Origin: a virus
Lineage: Duplodnaviria > Caudoviricetes
Reading direction: 5' to 3' (one strand)
IMG/VR virus record: IMGVR_UViG_3300011114_000309
Coordinates: 1-58,426 of that record
DNA length: 58,426 nt
The notes under the pieces are model-generated. The model saw nothing but the letters and a program-made list of their open reading frames with translations, was not told where the DNA came from and searched no databases. Both the position numbers and the translations under genes were made by a program. Positions 52,221-58,426 of this stretch are shown here, in pieces. The first letter of the stretch is position 1. Each line of letters starts with the position of its first letter.

Positions 52221-52589
52221 ATGGCGCACTTTTGCAAACTGGATGCAAACAACGTAGTGACCCAAGTAGTGGTCATTGACAATCGGGATACCGCAGATGC
52301 CAGCGGTGTGGAAAAGGAACACATCGGCGCAGCATTTTGCGAACGACTTTTTGGCGGCACCTGGAAGCAGACTTCGTATAACGGCAATATCAGAAAGAAT
52401 TACGCCGGGATTGGTTATACCTACAGGGCTGACATTGATGCTTTCGTGGCACCAAAGCCTTTCCCAAGTTGGATTCTGAATGCCAACGCGCAGTGGGAAG
52501 CGCCAGTGGCTATGCCGACCGATGGTCAGATGTATAGCTGGGATGAAGCCACTACCTCATGGAAAGTGAATGAACCCGCTCAAGCTTGA
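52221..52589 (+). CDS. Tail-associated hypothetical protein
   Basis: MAHF...WKQTSYN..IRKNYAGIGYTY...PKPFPSW. Confidence 0.7.
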   Translation: MAHFCKLDANNVVTQVVVIDNRDTADASGVEKEHIGAAFCERLFGGTWKQTSYNGNIRKNYAGIGYTYRADIDAFVAPKPFPSWILNANAQWEAPVAMPTDGQMYSWDEATTSWKVNEPAQA

Positions 52590-52719
52590 ACTCACCCTTG
52601 ATGAAGTCAATACAGTGCTAGATACGCTGGGGAATCTTCCTTATAAGCAGATCGCAGCACTGTTTGAGAAGATCAAGTCACAGGCTGTAGCCCAGCTTGA
52701 GGAACAGAAGACGGACTAA
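52570..52719 (+). CDS. Small helical protein, 49 aa (not in ORF track)
   Basis: MNPLKLELTLDEVNTVLDTLGNLPYKQIAALFEKIKSQA. Confidence 0.65.
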   Translation: MNPLKLELTLDEVNTVLDTLGNLPYKQIAALFEKIKSQAVAQLEEQKTD

Positions 52720-52734
52720 ACGTGGGAGACTGCT

Positions 52735-53004
52735 ATGAATTGGAGCGACGTCCTCAAGGCAGTCATCCCTGTCATCGTTGCATCATTAGCGTGGTTGTTA
52801 CAACAAGTAGCTGACTTCTCCACGCGGCTTACCAAGATTGAAGGTGCTATGCCTGCCTTGATTACTAAGGAGGGTGTGCCGACTGATTCGCCTATATCAG
52901 CCGAGAAGCGTGCTTTGCAGAAAGAGCAACTCATGCAACACATCAACGAACTTCAAGTCAAAGTCAGGCTGCTTGAAGAACGTGAAAAGATGGGGAGGAA
53001 GTAA
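52735..53004 (+). CDS. Membrane-anchored protein, lysis module
   Basis: N-terminal hydrophobic helix plus coiled coil; GGGAG RBS. Confidence 0.6.
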   Translation: MNWSDVLKAVIPVIVASLAWLLQQVADFSTRLTKIEGAMPALITKEGVPTDSPISAEKRALQKEQLMQHINELQVKVRLLEEREKMGRK

Positions 53005-53492
53005 TGTTTGAGCTACTTGGCGGTGGTTTGCTCGGCTCCATCTTTGGCGGCATCTTCCGCCTTGCCCCTGAAGTCCTCAAGTTCTTAGACAAGAAGAACG
53101 AACGTCAGCATGAACTCAGTATGTTCCAACTCCAGACTGATCTGGAGAAGATGCGGGGCGAGTTCAAGATGGAGGAGAAGTATGTTGACTACTCTATCCA
53201 GCAGATGGACACGATTAAAGAGGCATTTAAGGAACAGGCCCAGACCGCAAAAGAGGCTGGCTGGTTCGCTAGCTTTATCACTGCTGTTACCCGCCCCGGT
53301 CTTACTTGGATTGCATTTGGCGTATACGTGGCTGTCAAAGCTGCTGGCCTGACGATTGCCTTCCAGACCAACGCTAACTGGGCTGAAGTTCTAACTAAGA
53401 GCTATGACGAGGATGACTTCGCCATGCTGAACATGATGTTAACGTTCTGGTTTGTAGGACGTTCTATAGAGAAGTACAGTAAAAGTGCTTAA
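53004..53492 (+). CDS. Putative holin
   Basis: Hydrophobic helices, AVTRP, FWFVGRS motif; upstream of lysozyme. Confidence 0.65.
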   Translation: MFELLGGGLLGSIFGGIFRLAPEVLKFLDKKNERQHELSMFQLQTDLEKMRGEFKMEEKYVDYSIQQMDTIKEAFKEQAQTAKEAGWFASFITAVTRPGLTWIAFGVYVAVKAAGLTIAFQTNANWAEVLTKSYDEDDFAMLNMMLTFWFVGRSIEKYSKSA

Positions 53493-53494
53493 TC

Positions 53495-53677
53495 ATGGAA
53501 GCCTTAATAGACTCACTTGCAAGAGTTTGGTTCTTGGGGGTCGCGCTTGTTGGCGTGGCCGTTTATGCCGTGACCATTAAGACGCGGCTTGATTACCTCG
53601 AGAAGGACCACGATAGGCAGATTCATGCGCTGTGGGAACACGTTAACCGACTGATTGCTGAGAAATCCGGTGAATGA
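53495..53677 (+). CDS. Small membrane protein, lysis module
   Basis: One hydrophobic helix; between holin and lysozyme. Confidence 0.55.
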   Translation: MEALIDSLARVWFLGVALVGVAVYAVTIKTRLDYLEKDHDRQIHALWEHVNRLIAEKSGE

Positions 53678-54137
53678 AGCAAAGAAGCTTTGCAAGGATG
53701 TATTGATCAAGCCCTTTGAAGGGCTAGCAAAGCGTTTGCCTGACGGACGAGTAACAGCTTATCCTGACCCCGGAACCCGTGGTCACCCTTGGACAATCGG
53801 CTGGGGTGCAACCGGCCCTGATATTAACCCCGGCACGGTATGGACAATTGAGCAGTGTGAGGATGCACTGGATCACCACGTTGAATACTTTCTCAGGGGT
53901 TTGTTTAAACTTTCCCCAAAGATTCAAACCGCACTACCCCGACGCATTGCCGCTGTGACTAGCTGGGTCTACAATTGTGGCCTAGGGAACTACCGAGTTT
54001 CTACGTTCAAGAAGCGGATAGATGCGGGGGATTGGGATGATGCAGCCGACCAATGTATGCTGTGGAATAAAGCCGCTGGAAGAGTCCTGCCGGGGCTTAC
54101 CCGCCGCCGAGCGGCAGAAGCTGCACTGATGAGGTGA
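53670..54137 (+). CDS. Endolysin, GH24 phage lysozyme
   Basis: FEG...AYPD...WTIGWG, YNCG, GLTRRR.AE. Confidence 0.95.
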   Translation: MNEAKKLCKDVLIKPFEGLAKRLPDGRVTAYPDPGTRGHPWTIGWGATGPDINPGTVWTIEQCEDALDHHVEYFLRGLFKLSPKIQTALPRRIAAVTSWVYNCGLGNYRVSTFKKRIDAGDWDDAADQCMLWNKAAGRVLPGLTRRRAAEAALMR

Positions 54138-54140
54138 GCC

Positions 54141-56288
54141 GTGCCATTAGTCAAGACACTGTACAAGTCAGGCGTAAACAAAGAAAATACTCGTTATACT
54201 TCTGAGAACGGATGGTATGTCTCAGAGAAAGTTCGTTTCCGCCAAGGTACGCCTGAAAAGATTGGTGGTTGGGTAAGAATATCGCAAGCGGTTTTTCTTG
54301 GTATTTGCCGTTCTCTTTGGAACTGGGTAACTTTAGGTAACGCAAATCTATTAGGCGTTGGCACCAACCTTAAGTATTACATTGAGCAGGGTGGTGCTTA
54401 CTCAGATATTACGCCTATCAGGAAAACACAGTCTGTCACATTTGCTGCGGTTACTGTGTCACCTTTCTCCTCTACCATCACAGTCACATCTGCTAATCAT
54501 GGCGCAATCACTGGAGATTTTGTCACCTTTTCTGGCGCTGTAAGTCTTGGTGGAAATATTACTGCGGCTGTTTTAAATCAAGAATATCAAATCACATCAG
54601 TACCGACCTCAAGCACATTCACGTTTACAGCGAAAAATGCCAGTACGGGTGCGACAGTTACATCAAACGCGTCAGATGTTGGTAACGGAGGCGCATCTTC
54701 GGTTGGTGCTTTCCAAGTTAATACGGGTCCAGGTGTTGCTCAGGTTCCGCTGATTGGATGGGGAGGTGGCGCATGGGGTGGTGGATCATGGGGTGTTACA
54801 CCTACAGTCACTGATCCGTTACGGATATGGAATGCGAATAACTGGGGTGAAGATTTAGTCTTCGGGCCAAGAGCTGCTGGTCTTTACTATTGGGATGCCA
54901 CAGGTGGTTTGTCCTCAAGAGGCGTTGCTTTAAACAGCCTTGGGGGTACTGTAACTATTACGATTGCATCACCTGGGGTGGTCACATTCACCGTGTCCCT
55001 GGTAGAAGGTACAGCCGTATCGTTTACAACAACAGGTGCTTTGCCAACCGGTTTATCGGCAGGTACAACGTACTACTTGAGGAATGTATCCGGATTGACG
55101 GCAAACCTATCTGCCACACCAACCGGTTCAGTAATAACAACAAGCGGCACACAATCAGGTGTGCATTCGATGATTCTGGAAGATGTTCCAGATATTCAAT
55201 ACTCTTTGATTGTGTCGGATGCGTATCGATATTTATTAGTCTTTGGGTGCAACCCAATAGACTCTGCTGTTGCAGACCCAATGCTTATAAGATGGTGTAG
55301 CCAAGAGTCATTGGTAGATTGGAGTCCAGCGGCAACCAACACGGCTGGGTCATTAAGATTGTCTCGTGGATCTCAAATCATTACGGTCCAACAACAAAGA
55401 CAAGAAATACTTGCATGGACTGATTCGGCTTTATTCTCTATTCAATTTCTTGGCGCACCTTTGGTATGGGGTTCGCAGATCCTTGCTGACAATATTTCTA
55501 TCGCTGGGCCGAACGCTGTTGCAGTGGCTTCAAGTAAAACCTATTGGATGGGTATAGATAAGTTTTACATCTACGATGGGGTCGTAAAAACACTGAACTG
55601 TGACCTACGCAGATATATCTTTAATGATATAAATCTGTATCAAAACTTCCAAATATTCGCCGGTACAAACGAAGGCTTCAACGAGATTTGGTGGTTCTAT
55701 TGTTCAGAGAGTTCGTCCACTATAGACCGTTATGTCGTATTTAACTACGCTGAGAATAATGGTCAAGGCGTCTGGTACTACGGCACGATGGCACGAACTG
55801 CTTGGAGTGATTCAGGTCTGAGACAGTACCCTCAAGCAGCCACATACAGTAACAACATCGTAGACCATGAACGTGGCGTTGACGACAATGTATCGGGTAC
55901 GCCTGCGGCTATCAACGCGTATATTGAATCAGCAGAGTTTGATATCCAAGATGGTCATAATCTTGGATATGTTTATAGAGTCCTACCAGATATTACGTTT
56001 GATGGGTCAGAGACAAGTTCGCCCGCTGTCACTATGACGCTGATCCCTATGATGAACTCAGGATCTGGATACAACAATCCTCAGTCTAATAGCGGCTCAT
56101 CTTCAGCTTCAGTAGTGCGTACATCAACCACTACGATTGAGCAGTTCACAGGCCAGGTTTATGTCCGTGTGCGTGGACGTCAAATGATCTTTAAGGTTGA
56201 GTCCAATCAGTTAGGTTGTACATGGCAGTTAGGTGCGCCAAGGATAGACATTAGACAAGATGGTCGGGCTACAGGTCAAGGCGCATGA
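54141..56288 (+). CDS. Putative tail nozzle/stabilisation protein (P22 gp10-like)
   Basis: VRFRQGTPEKIGGW, LIRWC, EIWWFY, RVRGRQ motifs; precedes the ejection genes. Confidence 0.7.
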   Translation: MPLVKTLYKSGVNKENTRYTSENGWYVSEKVRFRQGTPEKIGGWVRISQAVFLGICRSLWNWVTLGNANLLGVGTNLKYYIEQGGAYSDITPIRKTQSVTFAAVTVSPFSSTITVTSANHGAITGDFVTFSGAVSLGGNITAAVLNQEYQITSVPTSSTFTFTAKNASTGATVTSNASDVGNGGASSVGAFQVNTGPGVAQVPLIGWGGGAWGGGSWGVTPTVTDPLRIWNANNWGEDLVFGPRAAGLYYWDATGGLSSRGVALNSLGGTVTITIASPGVVTFTVSLVEGTAVSFTTTGALPTGLSAGTTYYLRNVSGLTANLSATPTGSVITTSGTQSGVHSMILEDVPDIQYSLIVSDAYRYLLVFGCNPIDSAVADPMLIRWCSQESLVDWSPAATNTAGSLRLSRGSQIITVQQQRQEILAWTDSALFSIQFLGAPLVWGSQILADNISIAGPNAVAVASSKTYWMGIDKFYIYDGVVKTLNCDLRRYIFNDINLYQNFQIFAGTNEGFNEIWWFYCSESSSTIDRYVVFNYAENNGQGVWYYGTMARTAWSDSGLRQYPQAATYSNNIVDHERGVDDNVSGTPAAINAYIESAEFDIQDGHNLGYVYRVLPDITFDGSETSSPAVTMTLIPMMNSGSGYNNPQSNSGSSSASVVRTSTTTIEQFTGQVYVRVRGRQMIFKVESNQLGCTWQLGAPRIDIRQDGRATGQGA

Positions 56289-56926
56289 CACTACGTTTAG
56301 ACAGTCCCGCTGCACCTAATTTACCTCAAGGTGCAGAAAGTTATTCTAAGGTTTATCAAGACCAGTTGAATAATGTATTGAGACTTTACTTTAATAGGCT
56401 TGAGAATATAACAAGAAGCTTGCTTGGGCCAGACGGCGGTCGGTTTATGAGTAATCCGTTTGGTGCTTGGTCAAGCGATACGGATCAGGTTGCGGTTAGT
56501 ACAACGGCAGCGTACGCAATTACTTATGATGTCACTGATATAGCCGATAGTGTTTATTTGCAAGGCAATTCTAAACTGACGGTTACTTATCCAGGCGTTT
56601 ACAACTTACAATTCAGTATTCAATTTGCCAATACCTCAGTTCAAATTCATGATGTTGATGTTTGGGCTGCGGTTAATGGCATCAATCTTGATAATAGCAA
56701 TTCAAAGTTTTCGGTTCCTAACAGTCATGGTGGTATAGACGGGCATCTTATTGCAGCGTTAAATTTGTTTTTGACTATGCAAGCGGGGGACTACGTAGAA
56801 CTTTATTGGCATACTGACAACACTAATGTGTTGATTGAACACCTTCCTGCTGCGTCTTCACCAACTCGCCCAGCCACGCCTTCTGTTATAGCAACGATGG
56901 TTTTTGTTTCATCAATACCGGCATAA
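56285..56926 (+). CDS. Putative tail protein with C1q-like beta domain
   Basis: LRLYFN; GVYNLQFSIQF...GDYVELYW. Confidence 0.65.
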   Translation: MTLRLDSPAAPNLPQGAESYSKVYQDQLNNVLRLYFNRLENITRSLLGPDGGRFMSNPFGAWSSDTDQVAVSTTAAYAITYDVTDIADSVYLQGNSKLTVTYPGVYNLQFSIQFANTSVQIHDVDVWAAVNGINLDNSNSKFSVPNSHGGIDGHLIAALNLFLTMQAGDYVELYWHTDNTNVLIEHLPAASSPTRPATPSVIATMVFVSSIPA

Positions 56927-56929
56927 ATT

Positions 56930-58426
56930 ATGGCGCTTAACTTACCCGGAGATTGGAGTACATATAGTGGTGAAGAAAAAGTTAATTTCTTCAACACGAT
57001 GGGTGTTACGCCGTCGCAACTTATAAGTGCAGGAGTACCTCAATCAGACATTAACTGGATGTATGAGTTTGGTGGGTATAACGTTTATGACCCAGAAACC
57101 GAAGCAGTTACAGGTGTAAAGCCTCGGCAAGGTATTGAAACATTATTAACAACTTCTGCACCGGTCATCACAACCGTTGCGCCAGTCATTACAACCGCAG
57201 CACCAGTTTATGTAGAACCCGTCTATACGTACAACCCTTGGCAAGAAAGCGAACAAGGTGGTTATGTAGAACCAACAACTATTGCCCCTGTTGTCACAAC
57301 TTTAGCACCTATTGTTACAACCCCTGCACCAACAACTGCAACACCTACCACATTAGCACCGACTACAACGTTTACACCGACAGCCACGGTTACAACTCAA
57401 GCCCCATCAATAACTACAACCGCTGCACCTGTTGCTACAACACTTCCACCGGTTACAACTAATGCACCGGTGACAACATCTTCGCCTGTTGTCTATGAAG
57501 AAACTACAACATCAAGCACACAGCCGGAAACTACAACTGTAATTCCATCCTATGGAACTGGTCCTTCAGTTACGGGTGTAACGCTTGATCAAAATCTTGT
57601 CAAACCTGTAGAAACAACTTATCGCGGCGTTCAAATACCAACGTTTACAGACCGTACCGTGTATACAGGTGGTGGTGAAAATGCGGGTATTTTTCAATCT
57701 GCCGCAGAACAATTGACAGCTTGGAAAAGTGAGCAAGATCGTCGAGCATCATTAACGCCAGCACAACGTGCAATCGAAGATGCTAGGTATGTTGTTCAAG
57801 GAGAAGGATCTAATACTGAAGCATTTAATCCTGTAACTCTTAATGGTCAAGAATGGACTGTAACGCCAGGTGGTGATTCACTTGTCAAGCTTTCACAAGA
57901 TCAATCCGGTCTTGGGGAAAAACAATACCGATATGAACTTTTGAATCCTGCTACAGGACAGGTAACGCAACAAATTGGGGTTGAAGGTCCAGGTCTGTTA
58001 AGAAGTTTTTTAACAAATCCTGTAACCGGAATGATTTTAGGATTAGCGCTTCCTGGTGTTGGTCAAGCTATTGGTTCTGCATTAGGCGCAACTGGAGCAG
58101 CGGCAGGTGCTTTAGGTTCAGGTGTATTGAATTTTGGTTTACAAGTTGCAACTGGTAAAGATCCTGTTGATGCTTTAAAAGGTGCGGTACTAAGTGCTGG
58201 CGCTGGCTTTGTAGGATCTCAAGTAGCTTCTATGTTGCCTAACGAATTAGCTGGAGCTGGTAAAAACGCTGTCACCCAACTTGTAACAACAGGAAAACTA
58301 GACCCAACAGTTTTAGCAACAAGAGTCGGAATGCAAACTGCAACCGATGCGTTAGCCGCTGAAACAGGAATGGATAAAGCTACGGCAAGTCGTCTTGTCA
58401 AAGCTGGCGTGACCGCAATAAGTGGA
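56930..58426 (+). CDS. N-terminal part of the ~1204-aa mucin-like protein (continues across the join to 2326; missing from the ORF track)
   Basis: ATG 56930 MALNLPGDWSTY...; open to the window end; 58232 (equivalent to position 14) is 434 codons downstream, in frame; TTVAP/TTAAP/TTIAP/TTLAP repeats. Confidence 0.88.
   Translation, partial: MALNLPGDWSTYSGEEKVNFFNTMGVTPSQLISAGVPQSDINWMYEFGGYNVYDPETEAVTGVKPRQGIETLLTTSAPVITTVAPVITTAAPVYVEPVYTYNPWQESEQGGYVEPTTIAPVVTTLAPIVTTPAPTTATPTTLAPTTTFTPTATVTTQAPSITTTAAPVATTLPPVTTNAPVTTSSPVVYEETTTSSTQPETTTVIPSYGTGPSVTGVTLDQNLVKPVETTYRGVQIPTFTDRTVYTGGGENAGIFQSAAEQLTAWKSEQDRRASLTPAQRAIEDARYVVQGEGSNTEAFNPVTLNGQEWTVTPGGDSLVKLSQDQSGLGEKQYRYELLNPATGQVTQQIGVEGPGLLRSFLTNPVTGMILGLALPGVGQAIGSALGATGAAAGALGSGVLNFGLQVATGKDPVDALKGAVLSAGAGFVGSQVASMLPNELAGAGKNAVTQLVTTGKLDPTVLATRVGMQTATDALAAETGMDKATASRLVKAGVTAISG
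58219..58426. repeat. Terminal direct repeat (right copy)
   Basis: Matches 1-208 with one mismatch; implies a unit genome of 58,218 bp. Confidence 0.97.

Noticed and set aside
58219-58426. Physical T7-like direct terminal repeats
   Set aside because: The repeat falls inside a coding gene far from the terminase region; an assembly overlap is more parsimonious.

Overview
The window is an apparently complete, circularly permuted ~58.2 kb tailed dsDNA phage genome; 1-208 is repeated at 58219-58426 with one synonymous mismatch. The gene set looks podovirus-like. A rightward morphogenesis arm (28.5 kb through the join to 11.4 kb) carries TerS, TerL, portal, GroES-like protein, scaffold, a Mu-gpT-type major capsid protein, a free-standing GIY-YIG endonuclease, small basic proteins, adaptors, tail fibres, a 2OG oxygenase, lysis genes, a tail nozzle, ejection-type proteins and a large LPD38-type protein. 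Three leftward operons with sigma70-type promoters carry recombination genes (exonuclease, ERF, SSB), an HTH-sigma4 fusion, a modular array of tiny paralogous genes, and DpdA-like and GP88-like genes. A short rightward block encodes ParB-like, helicase and primase proteins. I recognised no DNA polymerase, integrase, tRNA, CRISPR array or reverse transcriptase. Top candidates for new biology: (1) a glycosyltransferase with polypeptide-GalNAc-transferase-type motifs together with a ~1204-aa mucin-like protein split by the window ends; (2) a ~480-nt noncoding block (15.73-16.2 kb) holding a candidate anti-RBS sRNA and two structured RNAs; (3) twin 26-bp palindromes; (4) a recurrent hydrophobic-x-x-G-G motif in probable internal virion proteins. 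All family assignments come from motif recognition by eye; no database search or folding program was run.
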